From Syntrophales bacterium (GTDB lineage Bacteria; Desulfobacterota; Syntrophia; Syntrophales; UBA2210): a stretch of 64,000 nt of DNA. The position numbers were made by a program, and so were the translations under genes. The stretch spans positions 992,001 through 1,056,000 of the forward strand of contig CAXXNF010000002.1 of the NCBI GenBank assembly GCA_963666365.2. The letters are read 5' to 3'. Positions 10,475 through 20,066 of the stretch are shown piece after piece. The notes under the pieces were generated by a model. The model saw only the letters and a program-made list of their open reading frames with translations, had not been told where the DNA came from and ran no database searches. Every line of letters begins with the position of its first letter. Position 1 is the stretch's first letter.

Positions 10475-11635
10475 CTATTCCGATACAAAATCAAGCAACT
10501 GATCAAACAATGCTTTTTGGCCTTTCTCTTCGGGTTTATCAGGGCCACCATCGGGGGCAGGATAATCGCCCCCAGTACCGTTGAGAGCATTAATAAAGAA
10601 CCTAGAATCCGCACAGCTCCCATATACTAAATCCATGTTGTTTAATTGCGTTGTCAATGCCGAGATCGCGTCGGTACCATAATCGATTCCGGTAATCGGC
10701 TTCAAAAATGCGACAGATAAGGAACGTGGTTGTTGATCACCTTTTTCAGCCAGGACATAACTCGCATATGCCCTGCTTCCAAAGCTGTTCTGTTTTCCTT
10801 CCGGCGAAACCTTAACAGCAGTTTCCGTTAATGCACGGATAGCTCTTTGTGCAAGTGCTGTATCTCCATTCAGATTTTCTTCCAATAATTCCCTGTTAAG
10901 GCATACGTAAGCGTAGAAAAGCCCTGCCGCAAATCCTGTTTCACCTATATGTGCGGCACCTGCATCCTCACTACCATCGTTGAGATCATCAACTGCGGTA
11001 AAATAATCATCTTCAATTACCACTGGATGAACACTGATAGAATGAGCTACCTGACAGGCAGCCTCAACATTATAGGCCGGAGCGGACGCAAGCATTCGTC
11101 CAAAAAGTGCAATATCAACTGCATGCATCTTCTTTCGTAACAGATTCAAGTCTTCTTCCTTCGGCCCTTCTTTTCTTGCTGCGATTGCATCGACAAGCAC
11201 AAAGATATCTTTTTCCTCTTCCGTATCAAAGAATGCCAATTGTTCTATTTCAAGTTCAACCTTTTCTTTTTTGATACGATCTTCCTGACTTAAATCTTTC
11301 AGCCCTTCTTTTTCTTTTTTTGAAAGTTCTTTGAGTTTCCCAAAAACACCCGCGATGGGTTTAGTCCACTCGATAGCATTTTTATGTTCAACACCCTTCT
11401 CTTGCAACTTTTCGTAAATCCTTACCCCCATCTCTTTCGTGCGTGTACCGATATGTCCCGCCATCGCTTTCTCGAAAATGTCAGATGTCCGCCATGATCG
11501 CTTATGTGTTTGAGAAGAAGCTCGTAGGCGATCGACTCCTCCCATCTTTGCGGTTTTGGGGCGACCGAGGTCATCCCGATTAAGATTTGCGGGTGGATAA
11601 GATGTCAGCATGTGAAATTGTACAAAACGACCCAT
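10475..11635 (-). CDS. cas7: Type I-E Cas7/CasC
   Basis: NLNRDDLGRPK, VDIALFGRMLA, DDYFTAVDD, GKQNSF. Confidence 0.96.
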   Translation of the reverse strand: MGRFVQFHMLTSYPPANLNRDDLGRPKTAKMGGVDRLRASSQTHKRSWRTSDIFEKAMAGHIGTRTKEMGVRIYEKLQEKGVEHKNAIEWTKPIAGVFGKLKELSKKEKEGLKDLSQEDRIKKEKVELEIEQLAFFDTEEEKDIFVLVDAIAARKEGPKEEDLNLLRKKMHAVDIALFGRMLASAPAYNVEAACQVAHSISVHPVVIEDDYFTAVDDLNDGSEDAGAAHIGETGFAAGLFYAYVCLNRELLEENLNGDTALAQRAIRALTETAVKVSPEGKQNSFGSRAYASYVLAEKGDQQPRSLSVAFLKPITGIDYGTDAISALTTQLNNMDLVYGSCADSRFFINALNGTGGDYPAPDGGPDKPEEKGQKALFDQLLDFVSE

Positions 11636-11654
11636 GTTTTTATACCTCCTTATA

Positions 11655-12194
11655 TCAGGAATTGTTTTTCAATGCCTGTTCGTAATATTCGGTACCCCAG
11701 CGCACAGCAAGTCGCTTCTGTGGTTCCCGGTTAGTGCCGAATCTATATTCTTCCATCCAGTGCAATATACTTTCGGCTAATGAAATAATATTGAGTCTAC
11801 ACTCGGCCAGTCTGATGGTACGTAACAGCCGCCTGAAGAACTCCTCAGGATCACGGCTTTTTTGCAGTTGTTGAAAGCGAAGTTCACTCACGCGGGCTTT
11901 TTTGCCATTCTGCTTGGGGAATGCAAGCTGAGTGGCGAATGATTCGCCACCTTCCTGTTCCTTCACATGTGACGCCGCTGCAGCGATCATGGCCGACGAA
12001 ATGAGTCTTTCGGAATCAGACCATTCGCTTGGCATTTGTTGAAGAAATCGAAAAAAAGCTGCTGTCAGCAGGACATCGTCCGGCCTTTCTGCTCTTCTCA
12101 AGCGGGCACGATCTCCTCGGTTCTTGTCAAGTGACTCCCACCAGTTCAACAATGTATGACACACTTCTGGTTCTTTCAAAAATCGATATCGCAT
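11655..12194 (-). CDS. cse2: Type I-E small subunit Cse2/CasB (Cas11)
   Basis: RARLRRA, VSELRFQQL, W...Y C-terminus; position in the operon. Confidence 0.93.
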   Translation of the reverse strand: MRYRFLKEPEVCHTLLNWWESLDKNRGDRARLRRAERPDDVLLTAAFFRFLQQMPSEWSDSERLISSAMIAAAASHVKEQEGGESFATQLAFPKQNGKKARVSELRFQQLQKSRDPEEFFRRLLRTIRLAECRLNIISLAESILHWMEEYRFGTNREPQKRLAVRWGTEYYEQALKNNS

Positions 12195-12214
12195 TTTCTG
12201 TAACCCTCCTTTCG

Positions 12215-13873
12215 CTATATTGTGTCGATAAGTTTATTCAACTCGGCAAGAAGTCCTTTGGCAGGCCATAATTCATTAAATAAATATTTCTTGGCAGAAA
12301 CAGCACGTTTGATACTTCGTTCTTCTGCTGAGAAAGAAAAAGCTTCTGATTCGAAAGTTTTTATTGAGTATCTTCTTATATCTTCAATCCATCTTTTATA
12401 AATGGGCAACGGACGATCTCGAGAATCAGCCATTTTCATCACATCTGACAGCATATGAAAAAAAGAAGGTTCTGTATCTTTCCAGAAATTCTCTTCGATA
12501 AAATGCAGTGTACTTAGATGCTGCGGTATTGATTTGCCGCTATTGTTCACGGTATCTCCTTTTTTGTTAACTACATGAGACCAGGTATCATTACCTGTTC
12601 TGCTCTTCCTGGGATTAAACCATGACCTGATAAGTGCTTGTTTAAGCACAAGAATATGGTACTTTGCCGCTTCGATCAATTCATTCACCCAAGCACGAAT
12701 ACTTTCTGTCCTTGCAGCATCAGTGCATAAAATGGGGAATCTTGCCTCGTACCACCTGACAACTTGGGCGCTATCGGCATCATAGGCAAAGCACCAAAGC
12801 CTTCCGCTATCCCCTATATCTCTGTTTCTTTCCGCTTGAAACACTGAGACAATTTGAGCACAAGCACATTCTTTATCATCAATATATCCATTTATTGTCA
12901 GTGATGACCAGTCTCTATAGTCAAAGGAAATTTTTGATCCAGTTACAGCTTGAGGAAAGCTTTCTTTATTGTGACGAATATAGGGTGTAAGTGGATGCTT
13001 CCAGCCATCTTTGTAAAAAACCCCATCTTTGATTCGTTTATAATATCGAACGACACGGTCTATTTTATCGCCGCATATGTCACAGATGGTTTCAACATCC
13101 TCTACAAAAAGCCGAATCCTTCTTGGCATTGGCCAGTAAACCTGAAGTGGATGACCATGCTCAGGTAACGTTGCTTTTTTATTATGGCTTTTTCTGGTTG
13201 TCGTTAACCATGGGAAAATAAACTCTTTGTTTTTTTTGTTTATATTTACAGGAACTGAAACCAATTGTTCTTCCGTTAAAACATTAAGCCAAATCTTTTT
13301 CCATATTACAGTGTGATCATTGGTCGGCATTACAATAGTGGTAACCGGTCCATTGCCGCGCATTCCAATACGATGCTGCCCCCAAGCTAGTATACCCGTT
13401 ATCTGAAGATTGAAAAGAGCAATTGCTGCCCAGTAAGGTGAAATTTGTTTAATATAATCCCTCTTTATGAATAAATCCCGATTGTTATGGCGAGTATTGT
13501 CGCTTAGGGCACCTCCTATAAGATCTTCGATTGGCAGATCTTCGCCCTCGAAGTCCTCGTAGTCCTGCATGAAATTTGGTCCAACTGGATCATCGATATT
13601 GTAAGCCAATGCCATATTCATAAACTTTTCATGCAATAGTTCTTCCTTTGGTAGTTTTTTCCAGTACTCCAGCCATTCATCGTGATCAACCGGCGCGAAG
13701 CATGTTTGAAGCAATCCGATCAGGAACTGATAGAGCGCACCCTGAAAGTCGGGGCGTGGAGCATTTAGTTCGATAATAGGATCGCTTTTTTCGGCTATCT
13801 GCCAGGGTGCAACTTTTTCCAATTTGCTGCTGGCCCGGATTACCGGCAGCCATTTATCAGTAATAAGATTCAT
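12215..13873 (-). CDS. cas8e: Type I-E large subunit Cse1/CasA (Cas8e)
   Basis: MNLITDKWLPV...RPDFQGALYQFLIGLLQT, YWPMPRRIRL, CDICG, WKHPLTPY. Confidence 0.92.
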   Translation of the reverse strand: MNLITDKWLPVIRASSKLEKVAPWQIAEKSDPIIELNAPRPDFQGALYQFLIGLLQTCFAPVDHDEWLEYWKKLPKEELLHEKFMNMALAYNIDDPVGPNFMQDYEDFEGEDLPIEDLIGGALSDNTRHNNRDLFIKRDYIKQISPYWAAIALFNLQITGILAWGQHRIGMRGNGPVTTIVMPTNDHTVIWKKIWLNVLTEEQLVSVPVNINKKNKEFIFPWLTTTRKSHNKKATLPEHGHPLQVYWPMPRRIRLFVEDVETICDICGDKIDRVVRYYKRIKDGVFYKDGWKHPLTPYIRHNKESFPQAVTGSKISFDYRDWSSLTINGYIDDKECACAQIVSVFQAERNRDIGDSGRLWCFAYDADSAQVVRWYEARFPILCTDAARTESIRAWVNELIEAAKYHILVLKQALIRSWFNPRKSRTGNDTWSHVVNKKGDTVNNSGKSIPQHLSTLHFIEENFWKDTEPSFFHMLSDVMKMADSRDRPLPIYKRWIEDIRRYSIKTFESEAFSFSAEERSIKRAVSAKKYLFNELWPAKGLLAELNKLIDTI

Positions 13874-16592
13874 CCTTTTCCTCCTTGTGTAATCCCCATC
13901 CCATATGCGGATCGTAGTAAGGGGCAATATCATCTATCACGGGCAACAACTCTACCCATTTCAACAATTTGATTTCTTCCTTTAACTGATCAATTTTTTT
14001 AGCGTAATCAGGGGGAATTTTGTTCTCAACCTTTTTCCACTCGCTCCTTGGCAAGTCGATCATGCTCAGTTCCCATCCAAACTCTTTTACATCAGCGTAT
14101 GGTTTCAACCCCTCACCATCAATGCTGACAAGTGCGACAGTAACGGTATCAATACCGAGGCGGGTCGGAATTCGTGTTTCTTTGTCCCAACCGCCGCTGT
14201 CCTCAGCGCTTGAACGGGTATATCCCTTCTCCAGCTTGAGCGCATTGAGCCGTGCCATTCCTCGCCGGCTTCCAGCCTCTCCTTCTGCATTCCAGGAAAA
14301 ACCAAGCAGTGAATCGGGTATTAACTCCTGCCCCTTTTCACCATACACTCCTTCGATCAGCATCCTGGCATCACCAGGAATACTGATCTTTCCGGATTTG
14401 CAAATCTGTTGCTGGGTAAGCCATAACTGTCCCACATGTTTGTAAACGGCCTGAGTCCCCGGCAGTTTTGATTTCAGCCAATCTTCAGCAGGCGTTTTCT
14501 TTGGCATCGGTCCAAACACATGCAAACATGTTTTTCCACGCTGCTCGATATCCCCTTTTCCTTTTAGGGGATTACCAATTGAATCCCGTATATGCCTTTG
14601 TAACCGTCCGGCTCTTTGGATTAGTAAGTCTATGGGTGCCAGGTCTGTAATCATTACATCAAAATCGAGATCGAGTGACTGTTCCACAACCTGAGTGGCG
14701 ATAAGTACTCGCCCGCTTCTTTTTTCTGCAGTTGAATCCTTGTCGAATAGGTTCAGCGTTTCAGCCTCTATCCTTCGTCTATCCGCCATTGCAAATCGGC
14801 TGTGAAAAAGCATTAGCTTAGTTTTATCCATCCATTCCTGGTTCATAAGCATATTATAGGCGGTACGGGCATCTTTAACCGTGTTCCGCACCCAACATGC
14901 ACACTGCCCTCTTTCGATAGTTTTCCGGATAACATTCAGAATATCATTAAAATCCTCTACGAAAGTAACTCGGAATGTTCGCTCAACTTCTTGGCGTGTT
15001 GCCAATGTAGTTTCCGATTGATCAGAGACTAGAATATGGGTTGCGAGGGGGTAGCCAGGTGTTTCATCCAGTATCGGCATTTCAATATCTATACCCTCAC
15101 AAAATGAGCGAACATAATTCTCACGCATATGGCGAGGCAACGTTGCGGAAAGGAGGATTACGCTGCCTCCCTGTCTTGCATGGGCTTTAATAAGTGTTTG
15201 CAACAACTGGTTCATGTAAGGATCATATGAATGGACTTCGTCAACAATAAGGATCTTATTTGCCAGTCCCAGAAACCGTAGAGACTGGTGCCTAGCAGGC
15301 AGAACAGCCAATAAGGCCTGATCTAATGTCCCAACACCGATTTCAGCCAATAACGCCTTCTTGCGGCTGTCTGCAAGCCACGCACTGCAGTATGATTCTG
15401 TGGGTTCCTCGTTATCTTCATAACGTTGCTTTGTAGGTACTTCCTCTGGTAATCCGACAGACTTGCGAAAGCCTTCATATAAATGACGTGCCCCATGTGC
15501 CAAAACCAGCGAAGGTTGAACACTATCTTTGAATAGCTTTCGATAAGCCTTTCCCAATCTCTCGTACATGGAATTTGCCGTTGCCATTGAGGGAAGGGCC
15601 ATATAAATTCCATCAGCCAGACCACTTTCCATAAGACGGTGCGCAAGAACCATTGCAGCTTCGGTTTTGCCTGCGCCTGTAACATCTTCCAGTATGAATA
15701 TTTGATTGCTTTGTCCAAGCTTCTGTTTTTCGGCCCAATCCTGAAGTGGCGTAAGTGATTTGATGAACGGAAACAAATTGTTTGTACCTGCAAAAGGTGA
15801 CACGAGTGAATGAGAAAAATCAGCTTTCGCGATAACCTGTTCGGCAAAAGGTAACGCACGGTCGTACCAATACTCATTTAACAATATTTCATGTTGACAA
15901 TACGATTCGGATTTACGTCCCGACCCAAGCCAATCTGCCAGCACTACGATACCAGCCAATATCCACGAAGTGAGCTTAAAACGGTTTTTGAGATCTTTGT
16001 CGACAAGAATTGATTTGTCAAAATCCCTGAGAAAAAGAACTGTAACATCCTTTAGAAAATTGCAGGCTGCGTGTTCGTCATCAATAGTAAAAAAATTCTG
16101 GCGACGGATTGATACTCTCTTAGGCGGTTCTCCATGATGCCCTGTGACAACCTCCACCCATGGGTCAATGTTACGACGCAACCTTGCCAAATCTGATTGT
16201 TTATCCTGCAAGTTAAACTCGTTATCCTGAAGCCAGTTATCACTCATTACATCCTGCCAGAGAACAAATCCCAAGGAGTCGTGACGCTCAGAATATGGCA
16301 TTCTTGCGTTTGGTGGTACAAGAAGCCGTGACAGATCAGGAACCAAGCTTTGAAATGCCGTGGCAAACTTGCCAATATCATGAAGACAGAGACAAAAAAC
16401 AAACCACTCACGAAGCCAAGAATTTGAGACTTTTAGTTGTTTTGCAATGCGTTCGCACAGCGGCTTTTCAGGTGCTAGCAACAGCCAGCCCACAGCTGCC
16501 ACATCTAAGCAATGATAAGGCAATAGATGATAGAGAGAACCATCCTTTTCGACCTTTCCCCAGTATCTATAGTATAGTGCCTTTTCGCTCAT
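13857..16592 (-). CDS. cas3: Cas3 HD nuclease-helicase
   Basis: HCLDVAAV, LHDIGK, ADW, TGAGKTEA, DEVH, LSAT, QRAGRLQRH. Confidence 0.97.
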   Translation of the reverse strand: MSEKALYYRYWGKVEKDGSLYHLLPYHCLDVAAVGWLLLAPEKPLCERIAKQLKVSNSWLREWFVFCLCLHDIGKFATAFQSLVPDLSRLLVPPNARMPYSERHDSLGFVLWQDVMSDNWLQDNEFNLQDKQSDLARLRRNIDPWVEVVTGHHGEPPKRVSIRRQNFFTIDDEHAACNFLKDVTVLFLRDFDKSILVDKDLKNRFKLTSWILAGIVVLADWLGSGRKSESYCQHEILLNEYWYDRALPFAEQVIAKADFSHSLVSPFAGTNNLFPFIKSLTPLQDWAEKQKLGQSNQIFILEDVTGAGKTEAAMVLAHRLMESGLADGIYMALPSMATANSMYERLGKAYRKLFKDSVQPSLVLAHGARHLYEGFRKSVGLPEEVPTKQRYEDNEEPTESYCSAWLADSRKKALLAEIGVGTLDQALLAVLPARHQSLRFLGLANKILIVDEVHSYDPYMNQLLQTLIKAHARQGGSVILLSATLPRHMRENYVRSFCEGIDIEMPILDETPGYPLATHILVSDQSETTLATRQEVERTFRVTFVEDFNDILNVIRKTIERGQCACWVRNTVKDARTAYNMLMNQEWMDKTKLMLFHSRFAMADRRRIEAETLNLFDKDSTAEKRSGRVLIATQVVEQSLDLDFDVMITDLAPIDLLIQRAGRLQRHIRDSIGNPLKGKGDIEQRGKTCLHVFGPMPKKTPAEDWLKSKLPGTQAVYKHVGQLWLTQQQICKSGKISIPGDARMLIEGVYGEKGQELIPDSLLGFSWNAEGEAGSRRGMARLNALKLEKGYTRSSAEDSGGWDKETRIPTRLGIDTVTVALVSIDGEGLKPYADVKEFGWELSMIDLPRSEWKKVENKIPPDYAKKIDQLKEEIKLLKWVELLPVIDDIAPYYDPHMGWGLHKEEKDESYY

Positions 16593-17149
16593 CTACCATT
16601 CTCCATCGCCTGCCAGATGGCAGCCGCCATTCTTGCATCATCAAGTACCCGATGTTCTTGTATTTGTGATTCCGTTCGACTTTCGTCCCCCGAGATACCT
16701 TCGCTCATTTTGAAAAGATGGTGGTATATCGTTCCGAGCTTATGATTGGGCAAATCGGGAAAATACCGGCGGCTTAATTCCAAGGTGCAGATATACGTAT
16801 TGTCAAGTACTATGCCCAATCGTCCGAATTCCATTCTCAGAAAGGCCATATCGAACGGTGCGTTGTGCGCTGCCAGTACTTTTCTCCCGATAGTATTTTT
16901 CAATTCAGGGAACACCTCTTCCGGGGCAGGCTGATTTCTCAGCTTTTCACCCGTAATGCCATGCACTTTTGAAGCAGATGCCGATATGCTTCGTGACGGG
17001 TTTACAAGGCTGTGAAAAACATCCCTAATCATTCCGTCTCTCACAATCACAGCGCCAACTTCTATTACACGATGCCCTCTCCTCGGATTCAGGCCCGTGG
17101 TCTCCAGGTCGATAAAAATAAGCTGATTTATGTCTATTTTTTCTTTCAC
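16589..17149 (-). CDS. DEDDh (DnaQ-like) 3'-5' exonuclease
   Basis: IDLETTG, HNAPFD, H..LDDA exonuclease motifs. Its stop overlaps the cas3 start (ATGA). Confidence 0.9.
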   Translation of the reverse strand: MKEKIDINQLIFIDLETTGLNPRRGHRVIEVGAVIVRDGMIRDVFHSLVNPSRSISASASKVHGITGEKLRNQPAPEEVFPELKNTIGRKVLAAHNAPFDMAFLRMEFGRLGIVLDNTYICTLELSRRYFPDLPNHKLGTIYHHLFKMSEGISGDESRTESQIQEHRVLDDARMAAAIWQAMENGR

Positions 17150-17216
17150 GCGATCAAATTTACCACAACAGAGAGGACATATGATGTCCCAGTAAAGTTA
17201 TTTTTTTGGCCGTGTC

Positions 17217-17260
17217 TCACCCCCACCCTAACCCTCCCCCATCAAGGGAGAGGGAATAAT
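17217..17260. repeat. REP-like element CCCCACCCTAACCCTCCCCCATCAAGGGAGAGGG
   Basis: Hairpin CCCTCCCCC-ATCAA-GGGAGAGGG preceded by CCCCACCCTAA. Confidence 0.6.
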
Positions 17261-17269
17261 AATGGATTC

Positions 17270-17474
17270 CGCTTCTCTGGTAGTGATGCCCGCTTTTCCC
17301 TCTATGGTATTCGAGCGGTGCGTCCGGGCGAGCGCGCATGACTTCTGTGCCGCGCGGAGCGGTATTGCGTGGAAGCTCACAATGTGCAGCCATCTGGGAG
17401 GTATTGGGGTATCTGCCGGATCTTTTTTGCCGGTCGAACCATAGATAACGCTTGAGAATGGGGTGATGTGCCAC
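17270..17474 (-). pseudogene. Truncated, degenerate N-terminal wHTH of a WYL-domain transcriptional regulator
   Basis: From GTG at 17474 with a GGGGG SD: ...KRYLWFDRQKRSGRYPNTSQMAAHCELPRNTAPRGTEVMRARPDAPLEYHRGKSGHHY, resembling the 'YPN..LA..FE.S..TAQRDIEFMRD...APLEY...GYYY' pattern. No WYL domain follows. Confidence 0.7.
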
Positions 17475-17702
17475 AGCGTTCCCCCTGGAGGCTTCGCCGG
17501 CGCCCCTGTTTCTCGGTATCGGCATCCCCGGCGTGGACGACGGAGGCGGATGGGTACGGGATCGGAAACAACCACTTACTTTTTGCAGGGGTTGCGTTCT
17601 ATTAATGTTGTGATGCGTGAATAGCGGTATTGTATGCTATTTTTGTCAAATCGCAATAGAAATGTTGAATTTTTTGTTCTTATCGGCACAATTCAGGCGT
17701 TT

Positions 17703-17773
17703 AAATCCCCTTCGGTCCCCTTTTTCAAAGGGGGAAGCTAGCGGTGCAGCCGGTTCAAAGGGAAAAGCTGGCG
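17703..17773. repeat. REP-like element CCCCCTTTTTCAAAGGGGG plus a degenerate second copy
   Basis: Hairpin TCCCCTTT-TTC-AAAGGGGG, followed by TTCAAAGGGAAAAGCTGGCGG. Confidence 0.5.
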
Positions 17774-17821
17774 GGGCAATGTTATAAAAGAGGTGCCATC
17801 ATGAGTGGGACACTTACTCTT

Positions 17822-18904
17822 CTATGCCATTGTATTCCAGTAGGTTTTTTCGGATAACGCACCCCATGAAGCTGTTTTTGCCTGGAACATCCGATAATCT
17901 TCATGAACTTTCAGCGCAAACGGATCCTTTCGGGCTTCCGCCTCGATGACGTTCTTTGACATCTGCTTTAATGTCTTTATCACGTCATCTGGGTATATAA
18001 GCACTTCCACATGATGGTCTTTCACCAATCGTTCCAGTGCCGCACCGCTTTGCGCGTCATATGCGGCAAGGGTTCTTATATTTGTATTGCCGGCTGCGAT
18101 ATCAAGGATTTTTTGAAACTGCATCGGCAAATCATGGTATGCTTTTTTGTTGAAAAACATATCAAGTGTGGGACCGGGTTCCTGCCACCCCGGTGCGTAG
18201 TAGTAGTGTGCAACTTTATAGAGTCCAAGCGCCGCATCATGTACCGGTCCGACAAATTCGGCTGCATCAATAACTCCGTTTTCGAGAGCCGCCAAGATCC
18301 CAGCCGGGGGGACATGCAGAGCGGTAACGCCGACTTCTGAAAGGACCTTTCCCGCCATATTGCCGACCCGCATCTTCAATCCATCGAAATCCTTGATGGA
18401 GGAGATTTTTTTCCGATACCACCCCCCCATCTGAACGCCTGAATTTCCCACAATTCGGGGAACAAGATCGAATCGATCATATAATTCGTTCATCAAAGCC
18501 TGCCCGTTGCCCTCATAAAACCAGGCATTGATGGATTGTGCATTCATGCCGAAGGGAATGGACCCGAACCAGTTAAGGGCCGTCGATTTGTCCGCCCAGA
18601 AATAGGGTGATCCCGTGCCCATCTGGATGGTCCCATTTGATACGGCATCGAACACGCCAGGAGACGGCATCAGTTCCCCGCCACCGTAGAGTGTGATTTC
18701 AAACCTGCCGTCGCTCATTTCTTTTACGTCCCGGCAGAAGTTCTCTATTGCCTCAAACATTATCGGTATCGTGCGTGTCCAGAATGACGCCGCAGTCCAT
18801 TTGACGTTCGGTGATGCAATAACTGCCGGCGCGCTAACGGCAAGTGAGGCGGCAGCGGTTACGACTCCCGTCGCTGCCTGTTTTATGAAGGTCCGTCGTT
18901 TCAT
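17822..18904 (-). CDS. TRAP transporter substrate-binding protein (DctP/TakP-like), Tat signal
   Basis: MKRRTFIK twin-Arg leader, GNSGVQMGGW, GLKMR, DAAEFVGP, YYAPGWQEPG. Confidence 0.92.
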   Translation of the reverse strand: MKRRTFIKQAATGVVTAAASLAVSAPAVIASPNVKWTAASFWTRTIPIMFEAIENFCRDVKEMSDGRFEITLYGGGELMPSPGVFDAVSNGTIQMGTGSPYFWADKSTALNWFGSIPFGMNAQSINAWFYEGNGQALMNELYDRFDLVPRIVGNSGVQMGGWYRKKISSIKDFDGLKMRVGNMAGKVLSEVGVTALHVPPAGILAALENGVIDAAEFVGPVHDAALGLYKVAHYYYAPGWQEPGPTLDMFFNKKAYHDLPMQFQKILDIAAGNTNIRTLAAYDAQSGAALERLVKDHHVEVLIYPDDVIKTLKQMSKNVIEAEARKDPFALKVHEDYRMFQAKTASWGALSEKTYWNTMA

Positions 18905-18935
18905 GATGCCTCCTTTTGTGTTACGAGATCTGCAC

Positions 18936-20054
18936 TTATCTCGGACACAGGTATCCCCCCTTGATGCCCTGAGGGCTCAGGACTATCTGCCATACTTGTA
19001 TCTGCCGGCTGCGGAAGGCGCCGGCGCAGGACAGCAGGTAGTATTTCCACATACGGTAGAATCGCTCGTCATAGTTTGTTTTCAGGTGGTCCCATGCATT
19101 GTTGAAGTTTTCGAACCAGCACATGAGGGTTGTGTCATAGTCGGCGCCGAAGTTGTGCCAGTCTTCCATGATGAAGTGATCTTCACCGGCCTCCAGGAGC
19201 TGTTTCCCTGAAGGGAGCATGGAATTGGGGAAGATGTAGCGCTCGATCCAGGGATCGACGTTTACCTTGGATTTGTTGCTGCCGATGGTGTGCAGCACGA
19301 ATATGCCGTCGTCGGCAAGGTGTTCGCGGGCCACTTTAAAATACACGGGATAGTTTTTCACTCCCACGTGTTCGATCATTCCCACGGACACGATACGGTC
19401 GAATGTCCCTTTAACATCCCGATAATCCTGAAGAAGTATTTCTATCGGAAGCCCACGGCATTCTTCTTTCGCCAGCTCCGCCTGCTCCTGTGAAACCGTC
19501 ACGCCGATCACCTCGACGCCGTAGCGCTCTGCTGCGTATTTTGCGGTCCCGCCCCAGCCGCATCCGATGTCCAGAAGCCGCATGCCCGGTTTGAGATCCA
19601 GTTTTTTACAGAGCAGTTCCAGCTTGTCTTCCTGCGCCTTGTGTAACGTATCAGCGTTTTTCCAGTAGCCGCAACTGTAGATCATTCTGTCGTCGAGCAT
19701 ACGCCTGTACAGGTCGTTGCCGATATCGTAGTGATGACGGCCGATTTCAAAAGCGCGGGCCTTGCTTCCCTGGTTGAGCAGCCTCGCCTTTACTACCTTG
19801 AGCGAGTCGTTGAAGGTCAGAACTTTGGCATCGAGTTTATGTGAAAGCACCCGGCAGAAGAACTCGTCCAGCGCCGGGCAATCCCACCAGCCGTCCATGT
19901 AGGATTCTCCCAGTCCGAGAGATCCTTTTGAAAGGACTCTATTGTAAAATTCCTCGCGGTGAACCTGAATGTCCCATGGGCGATTGCCGTCGATGGCAAT
20001 ATCGGCGGCGATCAGCAATTTTTGAGCAATGCTTCGATATTGATTCGGTTTCAT
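18936..20054 (-). CDS. cfa: Cyclopropane-fatty-acyl-phospholipid synthase
   Basis: GLGESYMDGWW, HYDIGNDLY, YSCGYW, LDIGCGWGG, ERFYRMWKYYLLSCAGAF. Confidence 0.95.
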   Translation of the reverse strand: MKPNQYRSIAQKLLIAADIAIDGNRPWDIQVHREEFYNRVLSKGSLGLGESYMDGWWDCPALDEFFCRVLSHKLDAKVLTFNDSLKVVKARLLNQGSKARAFEIGRHHYDIGNDLYRRMLDDRMIYSCGYWKNADTLHKAQEDKLELLCKKLDLKPGMRLLDIGCGWGGTAKYAAERYGVEVIGVTVSQEQAELAKEECRGLPIEILLQDYRDVKGTFDRIVSVGMIEHVGVKNYPVYFKVAREHLADDGIFVLHTIGSNKSKVNVDPWIERYIFPNSMLPSGKQLLEAGEDHFIMEDWHNFGADYDTTLMCWFENFNNAWDHLKTNYDERFYRMWKYYLLSCAGAFRSRQIQVWQIVLSPQGIKGGYLCPR

Positions 20055-20066
20055 CTCTGCTCCTCA

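Noticed and set aside
9629..13873. HNH-fused Cas5 or Cas8 variant
   Set aside because: No HNH motif is visible in the extra segments, and Cas3 is intact.
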